From: Candidatus Thiodiazotropha sp.
GTDB lineage: Bacteria > Pseudomonadota > Gammaproteobacteria > Chromatiales > Chromatiaceae
Reading direction: 5' to 3'
Assembly (NCBI GenBank): GCA_040506775.1
Contig: JBEVWC010000027.1
Span: 159,801 to 223,800, forward strand
Length of the DNA: 64,000 nucleotides
The position numbers and the translations under genes were made by a program. Below, in pieces: positions 10,087-20,303 of this stretch (the first letter of the stretch is position 1; every line of letters starts with the position of its first letter). A model generated the notes under the pieces. The model ran no database searches. It was not told the DNA's origin and saw nothing but the letters and a program-made list of their open reading frames with translations.

Positions 10087-13000
10087 TGCTCGCACGTCTC
10101 ATCCAATTCTCTCTCACCCAGCGGCTGTTGATGCTGCTGGTGGTGGTACTGGTTGTCGGGGGTGGCTGGTACAGCTTCCAGAACACGCCGATCGATGCCT
10201 TTCCGGACGTCTCCACCACCCAGGTGAAGATCATCGTCAAGGCGCCCGGCATGACCCCCGAGGAGGTGGAGACCCGGATCACCGCCCCCATCGAGGTCGA
10301 GCTGCTGGGATTGCCGCGTCAGTCGATGCTGCGCTCGGTGGCCAAGTACGCCCTCACCGACATCACTGTGGATTTCGAAGAGGGCACCGACATCTTCTGG
10401 GCGCGCCAGCAGGTCGCTGAGCGCCTCAACGCCATCTGGGCGGATCTGCCCGCCGGCGTCAGCGGTGGCATCGCACCGATGACCACACCCCTGGGCGAGA
10501 TGTTCATGTTCACCATCGAGGGTGGCGATCTGAGCGCCATGCAGCGGCGTGATCTGCTCGACTGGGTGATCCGCCCTGCCCTGCGCAGCGTGCCCGGAGT
10601 CGCGGACGTCAACGCCCTCGGTGGCGAGGTACGCACCTTCGAGGTGATACCTGACAACGCCCGCATGACCGCCCGGGGCATTGAACTGGATCAGCTGCGC
10701 AGCGCACTGGAAAACAACAACAGCAACGACGGCGCCGGCCGGCTCAACGACGGTGAGGAGGTGCTGCTGGTGCGCAGTCAGGGCAGCATCCAGACCCTCG
10801 ATGACATCGCCGGCATCGTGGTCAGACCCGATCCGGCCCAGCCGGTACGCGTAGGCGAACTGGCCGAGGTCAGGGTGGGCTCCCTGACCCGTTACGGCGC
10901 GGTGAGCCATGATGGCAAGGGGGAGATCGTGCAGGGGTTGGTGCTCGGTCTGCGCGGCGCCAATGCCCGGGAAGTGGTCAGCGGTGTACAGTCAAAGCTC
11001 GATGAACTCGCGGAGAGCCTGCCCGAAGGGGTGAGCACCCGGGTCTTCTATGATCGTGGCAAGCTGGTGGACCGGGCCGTGGGCACCGTGGCCAAGGCAC
11101 TCGCCGAAGCCATCGCCCTGGTTTTGATCCTGCTGGTGCTTTTCCTGGGTGACCTGCGCGCGGCATTGACCGTGGCCCTGATTCTGCCCCTGGCCGCACT
11201 GGTAACCTTCACCCTGATGTACAGCTTCGGCCTCTCGGCCAACCTGATGTCCCTGGGGGGACTGGCGATTGCCATCGGCATGCTGGTGGATGCCGCGGTG
11301 GTGGTGGTGGAGAACGTGGTCACCTACCTGGGGCGGCAGGGCAACAACGGCAAACTGCCGCGACTGCATCTGATCTACCGGGCGGTGCGCGAGGTGGCGC
11401 TGCCGGTCACCTCGGGCATTCTCATCATTGTCATCGTGTTTCTGCCGCTGCTGACCCTGCAGGGCCTGGAAGGCAAACTGTTCGTACCGGTGGCCCTGAC
11501 CATCGTGTTCGCCCTCACCGCTTCGCTGCTTCTGTCTTTGACCGTGATTCCGGTGCTCTCGTCCTACCTGCTGCACAAGGTGAAGCACGAGGACCCCTGG
11601 CTGGTGCGGCAGATCGTCCGTGGTTACCTGCCGCTGCTGGAGTGGAGCCTGCGTAACAGCCGCAGTGTGATTCTCGGTGCACTGGCGCTGCTGGTCGGTG
11701 CCGGTCTGCTGTACACCCAGGTCGGCAAGGCCTTCATGCCATCGATGGACGAAGGGGACCTGATCGTGCAGCTGGAAAAGCTGCCGTCGATCAGCCTGGA
11801 GGAGTCGATCAATCTGGACCAAAGGGTACAGCAGGCAATACTGAACAAGGTACCGGAGGTGACCGGTATCGTGGCGCGCACCGGTTCCGACGAACTCGGC
11901 CTCGATCCGATGGGATTGAACCAGACCGACTCGTTCCTGATTCTCAAACCCAGAGCGCAGTGGGGGGTGGCCGACAAGGCGGAACTGATCGAGTCGATTC
12001 GCAAGGTTCTGGAGGATTTTCCAGGTGTGGATTACGCCTTCACCCAACCCATTGAAATGCGTGTTTCGGAGATGTTGACCGGTGTGCGCGGCGATCTGGC
12101 AATCAAGATCTTCGGCGATGATCAGGAGGATCTTAACCGCACGGCGGAGGCCATCGTGGCGGCAGTGGAGCAGATCCCCGGCGCCGAGGATGTCTATACC
12201 CCGCGCAACGAGGGGGCTCAGTACCTTGAGCTGGAGATCGACCGCCTCGCGGCGGGCCGTCTTGGCCTGGATGTCGCGTCACTGCAGTCGATGTTACGCA
12301 CCCAGGTCGAGGGCGTCGCCACCGGTACGGTGTATGAAGGCGCCCGACGTATCCCTGTGGTCATGCGCGGGCAAAAGTCGGTGCGCGAGTCCGCTGCCAT
12401 CTTCGAGGGTCTCAACCTGACCGCCCCCGACGGCCAGGTGGTACCACTCTCCTCCCTGGTGCAGGTGGCGCGCAGTGAAGGCCCGGTCTCGATCCAGCGC
12501 GAGCGGGGACATCGCATGGCAGTGGTGATCGCCAACGTCAGCGGCCGGGACCTGGTCGGCTTCGTCGAGGAGGCGAAACAACGGGTCGGTGAACAGGTTC
12601 AGCTGCCGACCGGATACTACTATGAATGGGGCGGTGAATTTGAAAACCAGCAACGGGCTGCTCAGAGACTCTCGATCGTGGTACCGGTTGCGGTGGGTCT
12701 GATCTTCCTGCTGCTGTTCAGTACTTTCGGCTCGGTACGTCAGGCCACCCTGGTGCTGACCAACGTACCCTTCGCCATGATCGGCGGCATCGTCGGACTG
12801 TGGCTGACTGGAGAATACCTGTCGGTGCCCGCCTCGGTCGGGTTCATCGCGCTGCTCGGTATCGCCGTGCTCAACGGGGTGGTGATGGTGACCTACTTCA
12901 ACCAGCTGCGCTGTCTCGGCCGGCCGGTTGCGGAGCTGGTCATCGAAGGCTCCAAACGCCGTCTACGCCCGGTGCTGATGACCGCCAGCATTGCCGCCTT

Positions 13001-13160
13001 CGGTCTGGTGCCCCTGCTGTTCGCCAGCGGCCCGGGATCCGAGATCCAGCGTCCCCTGGCGGTGGTGGTGATCGGCGGGTTGATCTCGTCGACCGCCCTG
13101 ACCCTGATTCTGTTACCGATCCTCTATCGCCGGTTCGGCGTCGAAAAAGCGGGAGTCTGA
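10086..13160 (+). CDS. CzcA/CusA-family heavy-metal efflux RND permease
   Basis: PIDAFPDVS, GGLAIAIGMLVDAAVVVVEN, RLRPVLMTA and QRPLAVVVIGG; 1024 aa. Lacks the CusA Met relay, so more CzcA-like. Confidence 0.93.
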   Translation: MLARLIQFSLTQRLLMLLVVVLVVGGGWYSFQNTPIDAFPDVSTTQVKIIVKAPGMTPEEVETRITAPIEVELLGLPRQSMLRSVAKYALTDITVDFEEGTDIFWARQQVAERLNAIWADLPAGVSGGIAPMTTPLGEMFMFTIEGGDLSAMQRRDLLDWVIRPALRSVPGVADVNALGGEVRTFEVIPDNARMTARGIELDQLRSALENNNSNDGAGRLNDGEEVLLVRSQGSIQTLDDIAGIVVRPDPAQPVRVGELAEVRVGSLTRYGAVSHDGKGEIVQGLVLGLRGANAREVVSGVQSKLDELAESLPEGVSTRVFYDRGKLVDRAVGTVAKALAEAIALVLILLVLFLGDLRAALTVALILPLAALVTFTLMYSFGLSANLMSLGGLAIAIGMLVDAAVVVVENVVTYLGRQGNNGKLPRLHLIYRAVREVALPVTSGILIIVIVFLPLLTLQGLEGKLFVPVALTIVFALTASLLLSLTVIPVLSSYLLHKVKHEDPWLVRQIVRGYLPLLEWSLRNSRSVILGALALLVGAGLLYTQVGKAFMPSMDEGDLIVQLEKLPSISLEESINLDQRVQQAILNKVPEVTGIVARTGSDELGLDPMGLNQTDSFLILKPRAQWGVADKAELIESIRKVLEDFPGVDYAFTQPIEMRVSEMLTGVRGDLAIKIFGDDQEDLNRTAEAIVAAVEQIPGAEDVYTPRNEGAQYLELEIDRLAAGRLGLDVASLQSMLRTQVEGVATGTVYEGARRIPVVMRGQKSVRESAAIFEGLNLTAPDGQVVPLSSLVQVARSEGPVSIQRERGHRMAVVIANVSGRDLVGFVEEAKQRVGEQVQLPTGYYYEWGGEFENQQRAAQRLSIVVPVAVGLIFLLLFSTFGSVRQATLVLTNVPFAMIGGIVGLWLTGEYLSVPASVGFIALLGIAVLNGVVMVTYFNQLRCLGRPVAELVIEGSKRRLRPVLMTASIAAFGLVPLLFASGPGSEIQRPLAVVVIGGLISSTALTLILLPILYRRFGVEKAGV

Positions 13161-13468
13161 TGATGAGCGAAAACTGTCTGTTCAACCTGGTGGTGACGCC
13201 GGAAGTGGAGGACGCGGTCACAGACTGGCTGCTGGAGCGGGACGAGGTGGCAGGGTTTTCCAGCCATCCGATCGCCGGTCACGGCAGTTCGGTGCACGCC
13301 ATGTCGCTATCCGAGCAGGTGGCGGGCAAGCGCCGCCAGGTGCTGTTCAAATTTTATCTGCCGGTGTCCGAGGCGCAGCAACTGCTGACCCGGATCAAAC
13401 GGGACTTTCGCGGCAGCGGCATGCACTTCTGGGTGGTGCCGGTGCTCGATTCCGGACACTTGGATTGA
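13160..13468 (+). CDS. DUF3240-family (PII-like) protein accompanying the czc operon
   Basis: ATG overlaps the czcA-like stop; EDAVTDWLL, GHG, EQVAG and FWVVPV pattern. Confidence 0.75.
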   Translation: MMSENCLFNLVVTPEVEDAVTDWLLERDEVAGFSSHPIAGHGSSVHAMSLSEQVAGKRRQVLFKFYLPVSEAQQLLTRIKRDFRGSGMHFWVVPVLDSGHLD

Positions 13469-13504
13469 TGCAAGACTTTGGTTTATGGTTGATGTATTGA
13501 TCGA

Positions 13505-13867
13505 TTGACTATGCACACGACTTCCATGCCGACGTTTCACTCCTCTGCCAGATGGTTACTCACGCTCATCGCGCTCTGCGCGCTGTCCGCGCCCGTGGCT
13601 CTCTCGGATACCCCGCGCAACTGGGAGGACGATGATCACTCCTATGACAAGGCGCGACGTGCGGTGGAGCGCGGAGAGGCACTGCCAGTCACCGAAGTGA
13701 TGAAGCGTTTAAGGGCCCAGGTACACGGGGATATCGTTGCCACCGAGTATGAGTTCGAGTTCGAGCGCTGGGTCTACGAGTTCAAGGTCCTGGACGGATT
13801 GGGGCGTCTCTACCGGGTGCATCTCGATGCCGCCACCGGGGAACGCATCACGGAGACCCATGACTGA
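13505..13867 (+). CDS. PepSY-domain exported protein
   Basis: Signal peptide; ARRAVERGEALP, WVYEFKVL and VHLDAATG; typical partner of a FeuPQ-like two-component system. Confidence 0.8.
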   Translation: MTMHTTSMPTFHSSARWLLTLIALCALSAPVALSDTPRNWEDDDHSYDKARRAVERGEALPVTEVMKRLRAQVHGDIVATEYEFEFERWVYEFKVLDGLGRLYRVHLDAATGERITETHD

Positions 13868-14532
13868 TGCGTATTCTGCTGGTTGAAGACGACGACAAGG
13901 TGGCCGCAAGCGTCACATCAGCCCTGGAAGGCGCCGGTTATGTGGTCGAGCGGGTTGTGGATGGCGACGCCGCCTGGTTTCAGGGCGGCACGGAGTCCTA
14001 CTCGGCGGTGATACTCGATCTGGGACTACCTGGAATGGACGGGCTTAGCGTGCTCAAACGCTGGCGTTCCGAGGGTTGTACCTGCCCGGTGATGATTCTG
14101 ACTGCCCGGGGCGACTGGAACGAACGGGTGGAAGGCATCGATGCCGGCGCTGACGACTATCTGGCCAAGCCGTTTCAGGTCGAGGAACTGCTGGCGCGCC
14201 TGCGTGCCATTCTGCGCCGCAGCGCGGGGGTCGCAAACCCGGTGGTGAACATCGGTGCGGTAACCCTCGATCCACGCCAGATGCGGGTCAGCGTCAATGG
14301 AACTCCGGTCCATTTCTCACCCCAGGAATACCGTCTGGTGAGCTATCTCATGACCCATGCCGGACGGGTGGTCTCACAGCTGGAGCTGAATGAGCAACTC
14401 TATGCCCGGGATTTCGAACGCGACTCCAACTCGATCGAGGTATTGGTGGGCCGGGTGCGCCGCAAGTTGGGTACCGATCTGATCGAAACCCGGCGGGGAT
14501 TCGGCTATATCATCGAGAATCTGCCATTGTGA
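13867..14532 (+). CDS. OmpR-family response regulator (FeuP/QseB-like)
   Basis: ILDLGLPGMDG, GADDYLAKPF and winged-helix SNSIEVLVGRVRRKL, IETRRGFGY. Confidence 0.93.
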   Translation: MRILLVEDDDKVAASVTSALEGAGYVVERVVDGDAAWFQGGTESYSAVILDLGLPGMDGLSVLKRWRSEGCTCPVMILTARGDWNERVEGIDAGADDYLAKPFQVEELLARLRAILRRSAGVANPVVNIGAVTLDPRQMRVSVNGTPVHFSPQEYRLVSYLMTHAGRVVSQLELNEQLYARDFERDSNSIEVLVGRVRRKLGTDLIETRRGFGYIIENLPL

Positions 14533-15902
14533 GCATTCGTTCGCTGCGCTTCCGGCTGCTCAGCGCCGCGACGGTTTTCATGCTCCTGGCCTTGATCCTT
14601 GCCGGGTTCAGCCTGGTCAAACTTTTCGAACACCATCTTGAGCGTCGCTTCGACAGCGAATTGGAAACCTACCTCAATCAACTCATCGGCCGCCTCGACA
14701 TCGATCGCAACGGCCGTATTCATGTCACCGGAAATCTGGTGGATCCCCGTTTTGAGGAACCCCTCAGCGGCCTCTACTGGCAGGTTCAGGATGATGCGCG
14801 GCCCACCCTGTTACGTTCCCGTTCTCTATGGGACAACGTCATCAAACTGCCGCAGGATCAACTCCAGGTGGGCGAGGTGCATCACCATCGCCTGCCCGGC
14901 CCAGCCGACCAGGAACTGATGGTGCAGGAACGCCAGATCATTCTTGAACCCGATACCCTGGCGCGCAGGTTGCGAGTTGCTGTGGCCAGGGACAGCAGTG
15001 ATCTGCACGTGGCGCGACACGCCTTTGCCGCTGACATGCTGCCCTATTTCGTACTGCTGGCGCTGTTTCTGACGGCGGCCAGCTGGGTTCAGGTACGCAT
15101 GGGACTGTCACCTCTTGAACTGGTGCGAAACGGCGTGCTGGCGATACGCGGAGGACGGGTACAGCGTCTGCAGGACCCCTACCCCGACGAGGTCATGCCC
15201 CTGGTGGAGGAGATCAACGAACTACTTGAAGCACGGGATGCCATGGTCGAGCGGGCGCGCGCCTGGACCGCCGACCTGGCGCATGGATTGAAGACACCGC
15301 TGTCGGCCCTGGGGGCGGATGCCCAGCGTCTTCGAAATATCGGGCAACCTGAACTGGCCAACGATCTGGATGAGCTGGCCCAGTTCATGCGTCGGCGGGT
15401 CGACCGGGAACTGATTCGCGCGCGCCTGCGCAGCGCCGATACGGCGGTTACCAACCAGTCGGACCTGGTCCGGGCAATTCGTCGTGTGCATAAGACCCTT
15501 GAGCGCACACCTCAGGGTGAACATCTGCAATGGGATCTGTTTTTACCTGAGCAGATCAACGTCTGCCTGCGCGACGACGACCTCACTGAACTGCTTGGCA
15601 ATCTGCTCGACAATGCGAGCAAATGGGCCAACAGCAGAGTGCGGGTCAGTATCGAAACAACAGAAACCATTGATATCCTGATCGAGGACGATGGCCCCGG
15701 AGTAGCGGAGACACAGTTAGAGAGACTCGGCGAGCGGGGCATACGGCTTGACCAGCAGACCCATGGTTATGGACTGGGGTTGGCCATCGTTCGGGACATC
15801 GTGGAGGCTTACCATGGAGTGATTGATTTTTCGCGCTCACCATTGGGCGGTCTGGCGGTCAGGGTTCGCCTGTCAGGTCAGGAAAGTTCTGAATCAATCT
15901 GA
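14529..15902 (+). CDS. Sensor histidine kinase (FeuQ/QseC-like)
   Basis: Two TM helices, H-box DLAHGLKTP, N-box GNLLDNASKW, G-boxes DDGPG and GYGLGLAI. Confidence 0.93.
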   Translation: MSIRSLRFRLLSAATVFMLLALILAGFSLVKLFEHHLERRFDSELETYLNQLIGRLDIDRNGRIHVTGNLVDPRFEEPLSGLYWQVQDDARPTLLRSRSLWDNVIKLPQDQLQVGEVHHHRLPGPADQELMVQERQIILEPDTLARRLRVAVARDSSDLHVARHAFAADMLPYFVLLALFLTAASWVQVRMGLSPLELVRNGVLAIRGGRVQRLQDPYPDEVMPLVEEINELLEARDAMVERARAWTADLAHGLKTPLSALGADAQRLRNIGQPELANDLDELAQFMRRRVDRELIRARLRSADTAVTNQSDLVRAIRRVHKTLERTPQGEHLQWDLFLPEQINVCLRDDDLTELLGNLLDNASKWANSRVRVSIETTETIDILIEDDGPGVAETQLERLGERGIRLDQQTHGYGLGLAIVRDIVEAYHGVIDFSRSPLGGLAVRVRLSGQESSESI

Positions 15903-16126
15903 CACCCGCCGGCCGATTTTGCGATAGCAATCTGATTCGGTACTGTTAACCCTGTATCAGCTTCTTTCCGACAATATCCCGGCCCAGGCTTCACTGGGGC
16001 CCGCAGCCATCCACGACCACAAACAGCGAATTTGAAAGCATTTCTACACCGCATAACAAAGAGATCGACACAACCACTCCATCAAGGCAGGATACAACCT
16101 GGTAAGCAAATCACAGGCGCCAAAAG

Positions 16127-16591
16127 ATGTTTTTTTCCAAGTCGAAATCATCGCCGCTTTATGTCTCGCGCAGCGATCCATTGAATATCCTCTCAAGCTA
16201 CTCAAAACACGAATTCGATCTTGACGGGGACACCTGGCCCTCCGTGGAGCACTACTATCAGGGGATGAAATTTGAACCCGGTACTTTGCGCAGCGCCGTT
16301 CGTGATGCTGACCATCCCTTGAAGGCGGCTAAACTGGCAGCAAAAAATAAAAAACAGATCAGAAATGACTGGAATGAAGTGAGGGAAGTCTATATGACAC
16401 GCGCCATATATATCAAATGCCGAACTCACCCTGAAGCCGCCGAGGCCTTACTCGCAACTGACGACAAGACGATCGTTGAAAACAGTCAATACGACTACTT
16501 CTGGGGATGTGGGCGCGACGGACGCGGTCACAACACCTTTGGCAAACTGTTGATGGCGGTGCGGGAGAGGCTCAAGAATGAGAGGGCCTAG
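16127..16591 (+). CDS. NADAR (YbiA-like) family protein
   Basis: WPSVEHYYQGMKF, IVENSQYDYFWGCG and GHNTFGKLLMAVR. Confidence 0.9.
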   Translation: MFFSKSKSSPLYVSRSDPLNILSSYSKHEFDLDGDTWPSVEHYYQGMKFEPGTLRSAVRDADHPLKAAKLAAKNKKQIRNDWNEVREVYMTRAIYIKCRTHPEAAEALLATDDKTIVENSQYDYFWGCGRDGRGHNTFGKLLMAVRERLKNERA

Positions 16592-16650
16592 CACCTTTTG
16601 ACGTAGACCCTGAGACAGTGTCGTCTTCGAAACATTTCAGTCTTGATCGC

Positions 16651-18948
16651 TCAGAAAAAAGAAAACGTCCTCCCCAGATAAAGGTAAGTTTCTGTTCGTC
16701 CACCCTCAGCAAATCCTTGGGCAAGATAAACTGGTCCCAAGGGAGAGTCGATGGCCAAATTGACAGTACCGGCATAGATCAGCGAATCGAAACGAATATC
16801 CTCTCGCCGGTTCCAGACATTTCCGGCCTCCAGTGAAGCGCCGAGGTAGACCGGCAGTTTGAAGATCGATCGGCTGTTACCGATCTCCCGCAGGTAGATC
16901 ATGCGCATGATTCCGGCATAGCGACCCGACAATTCCGACTCATGGTAACCGGAGAGATTGAATAGCCCTCCCACTGAAAATGCATCAGTGACCGGTTCGT
17001 CAGTGTTGGCCGCACCTGCAATACCGGCCCATAACATGACGGTATTTCTTCCCCAGCTGTTTGCATTAAGGCCTTCTACCGTATAGGTATCGAACTCACG
17101 ATCCGCCCCCAACTCATCCCTGTGTGCCGTCCATACCACACTCGCCATCGAACCTGACCGGGGCAGATTGATACTGTCCAGATTGTCATACATGAATCGT
17201 GCGACCCAGGCGCCAATTTTGATATCCCGATTGGGGGCTGACATATCACCGATGAAGGTACCCGTATCACCGGAACCCGTGTAGGCGCCCAGTTCAAGGG
17301 TTCCCCAGTTCCCGAAATGCCGGCCTGCAGCCAATCCCAGGCTCGAATAACTCACTTCCATGTCCGCAATCTGATGTCCCGATTCGTATATACCCACATG
17401 GTTCTTGTAGTAGCCGAGAGCGGTTCGGAAATAGTATCTGAGTTGATCATCGATCGGTTGGTACAGTTCAGTGGTCAGCCTCTGATCATGGCCGATGGCA
17501 ATTTCAGAGCGCCACTCCCCACCCATGCTGTTGATCGGATTCAGGGTATAGCTGGTCGCCAGATTGAAGGACCCCATTTCCTCAAAGTTGGTCTGCATGA
17601 TCATGCCAAAGCGGATATAGTGCGGCCCCCAGTCCTTCTCTTCAGCGTGAATCATCAGCTCAGTATCTTCCTCCCCACGCATCAGGTCATAATCGATCCG
17701 TTTGAAGATATTCATACCAAACAACTGATTGAAATCGTCTTCCAGGCCCGGAAGATCCAATTCATCACCCGCATTGAGTGTGATATGGGCTTTCAGAATA
17801 TCCGTATCCAAAGGGGTTTGATTATCAAAGCTTATCTTATCGATGATCACAGGTACGTCATGTCGTTGCCTGAGATTCGAAACGTAGCTTCTATACGCAT
17901 TTTCAGTCAGGGAGAGTCTGCTGAGTTGTTGATTTTTGAGGTTGGCTGCAGTGGCGCCATGATCGATCATCTCGCCTGCCTGCCAGAAATCAGTCGAGGA
18001 GTATCCACTCAAATCGGGTTGGATCAGAATATCGGATGGTGTGAGCAGTGCGCGCTGTTCATCCGTATTCTTCTGAATGGTAAAACCCAAGGTCTGATTG
18101 AGGATACTGAAGGGTGATCCCAGTCCTTTTTTGGACTGCATTTCACTGCTCAAATCGACCGCGATGATGATATCGGCACCGAGATCGCGGGCCAGTTGAA
18201 CAGGAAGATTATTCGCCACCCCACCATCGACCAGCAACCGGTTGTGCCACTCCACCGGTGCGAAGACACCTGGAATCGCCATACTTGCAAGCATGGCATC
18301 AGACAGCGAACCACGCTGCAATGCAACAGCCTCTCCCGACTCGATATCCGTGGCTACAGCCCGAAACCTGATCGGCATATCATCGAAATCATCAGGCGCT
18401 GAGAGGGTTAGGGATTTCAGCCTCAGCGATAACTGTTGGCCCTGCAACAGTCCTTTCGGAATGATGAACTTCCCATCCTTGATGCCCGCTTCCAGTTTGA
18501 TGAGGAAATTATAGTCATCCTGTTTACGCCGCAAACTTCGCTCAGACCGGGGTGCTTCGTCACGAAATACACGATCCCAGTCGGTCTCTGCCAACAGTCG
18601 CTCTATCTCATCGACCGAGTAGCCATAGGCATACATGCCGCCCACAATAGAGCCCATGCTGGTACCGGTGATGATATCGATCGGGATCCTGTGTGCCTCC
18701 AACACCTTTAACACTCCTATGTGCGATGCACCCCGCGCGCCGCCTCCGCTCAGCACCAAGCCTATCTTGGGCCGATGATTCGACCGATCTGCGCTCAAAT
18801 CATCCGCATAGGCCAGATCGACTCCATAAACAAGAATCACTAACGCAAACAGACAAGTGATTGGGAACAACGAGGCGAATGGAGATACGGTGATTCGTTC
18901 AGCGTTCATCATGGGGTGCATTTCCAGTTGCCTGAGGATTGGCATCAA
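16651..18948 (-). CDS. Patatin-like phospholipase with POTRA and C-terminal beta-barrel (PlpD-like, type Vd)
   Basis: GGGARG, GTSMG and DGG catalytic motifs; C-terminal barrel ending YLYLGRTFSFF. Confidence 0.9.
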   Translation of the reverse strand: MMPILRQLEMHPMMNAERITVSPFASLFPITCLFALVILVYGVDLAYADDLSADRSNHRPKIGLVLSGGGARGASHIGVLKVLEAHRIPIDIITGTSMGSIVGGMYAYGYSVDEIERLLAETDWDRVFRDEAPRSERSLRRKQDDYNFLIKLEAGIKDGKFIIPKGLLQGQQLSLRLKSLTLSAPDDFDDMPIRFRAVATDIESGEAVALQRGSLSDAMLASMAIPGVFAPVEWHNRLLVDGGVANNLPVQLARDLGADIIIAVDLSSEMQSKKGLGSPFSILNQTLGFTIQKNTDEQRALLTPSDILIQPDLSGYSSTDFWQAGEMIDHGATAANLKNQQLSRLSLTENAYRSYVSNLRQRHDVPVIIDKISFDNQTPLDTDILKAHITLNAGDELDLPGLEDDFNQLFGMNIFKRIDYDLMRGEEDTELMIHAEEKDWGPHYIRFGMIMQTNFEEMGSFNLATSYTLNPINSMGGEWRSEIAIGHDQRLTTELYQPIDDQLRYYFRTALGYYKNHVGIYESGHQIADMEVSYSSLGLAAGRHFGNWGTLELGAYTGSGDTGTFIGDMSAPNRDIKIGAWVARFMYDNLDSINLPRSGSMASVVWTAHRDELGADREFDTYTVEGLNANSWGRNTVMLWAGIAGAANTDEPVTDAFSVGGLFNLSGYHESELSGRYAGIMRMIYLREIGNSRSIFKLPVYLGASLEAGNVWNRREDIRFDSLIYAGTVNLAIDSPLGPVYLAQGFAEGGRTETYLYLGRTFSFF

Positions 18949-20303
18949 ACCGATACAGGCTCAGGTAACCATACCTAAATTCAGACATCGATCTGTTAAC
19001 TATAACAAATGCGGTGGATATCGATGCAACAAGTATGCCGCAAATTGGTCAAATACAGGATTGATATTGACAATCGGTCGATTTTGCCGGCAATCCCACT
19101 TACCGGTTTTCTGCACACAATGTCAGGACATTCAAGTGAACCGATCAACCATGGAAAACCAGGGTCTGCTGTTACGAATCCAATGACCATCAGAGGTCCT
19201 GATAAATCCCGACCGATACCATCAGGTATTCCTGAAGTAGGTACCCTTTGCAATGCCACCCTCAAGTCAGTTTCAAAAATGCGCATAACGTGACTGACAA
19301 ACCGAATGCTATACCTTTGATATTCGTCATCTGATTGAGCATACTTCAGTGTATTCAAGCAAAAGTTCAACGAGTTATACTGTTAATCTGACGACCCGAT
19401 ATGTTGTCTTCATCGGAAACGTGCCACACCTCGATCATGGACATGCTTGATGTACTGAAAATTATAAGCCAAGCCAAGATAGCATCCGCTGGAAGTCAGT
19501 CCGTCTCATTTGACGTCTGTATTCCGCCGCTATTGGTGTCTGCATCCTGAGCGACGGTATCACCGAGTGACGCATTTTCAGAGCTGACCCGGAGGGTTGT
19601 GGCTGATTTTTCACCCAGCGGCGTTTTCTTGTGTAGTTGAGCTACACCACGTTCCTTAAGCGCGCAACCGCACTTAAGTCATAATTTTCATGAATATACA
19701 CAAGCACACTCATAAACCGGTTCGCTTGTTCATAAACCCCTATGCGTAACCAGATTAATCGTTCATGTGATTTAATTTGGACACGGGAACGCTTCAATAA
19801 CCGGAAAATCCCTTACTCTACCCCTCGTTATCCCCACACCCCTGCAACTCTGAAACGTTAGTTTCGGTGCCGTACTTGTAAAGCGCATTAATTGTGAATC
19901 GCTTTATTTAAAAGCATGGGTTCGTCGGTCGATCTTTGCCGTGATCGTTATGTGCTGATAATGGGAGACATACCGTCTCGACGTATATAAATAATTCAGG
20001 CTAAAAGGAACAAAAGTACTCAATAGGCAACAGTAGTGATACACAAAGGCCGCAATGGCCACGACTGGAAAAGTAAATCACAGGAAAGCGGCTATTCTTA
20101 AATTGTCATAGCAGCGTTGCATCACGTCTTTGCCATTATCAGACGAACAATACTTGATTGCAGTCTGCACAGAGTATGCACAACCCTATGACTCGTAAGT
20201 TTCTGCCAGTAGAATGAGATCTGCTTCTGAATATTATAACGGGTACGGAAGCATCTCTGGTTGAGATGCGAGGAATCTTATCCCAGTAATTGGATCAGGT
20301 TTT

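Noticed and set aside
18996-19370. 124-aa ORF upstream of the patatin gene
   Set aside because: No RBS or motif recognised and Cys-rich random-looking tail; cannot be supported as a gene.
19583-19633. Minus-strand GAAA-capped hairpin followed by CCTCCGG, reminiscent of a c-di-GMP-I riboswitch
   Set aside because: Lacks the GGCAAAC/GACGCAAA pairing core and is over 600 bp from the next credible gene; an Infernal scan would settle it.
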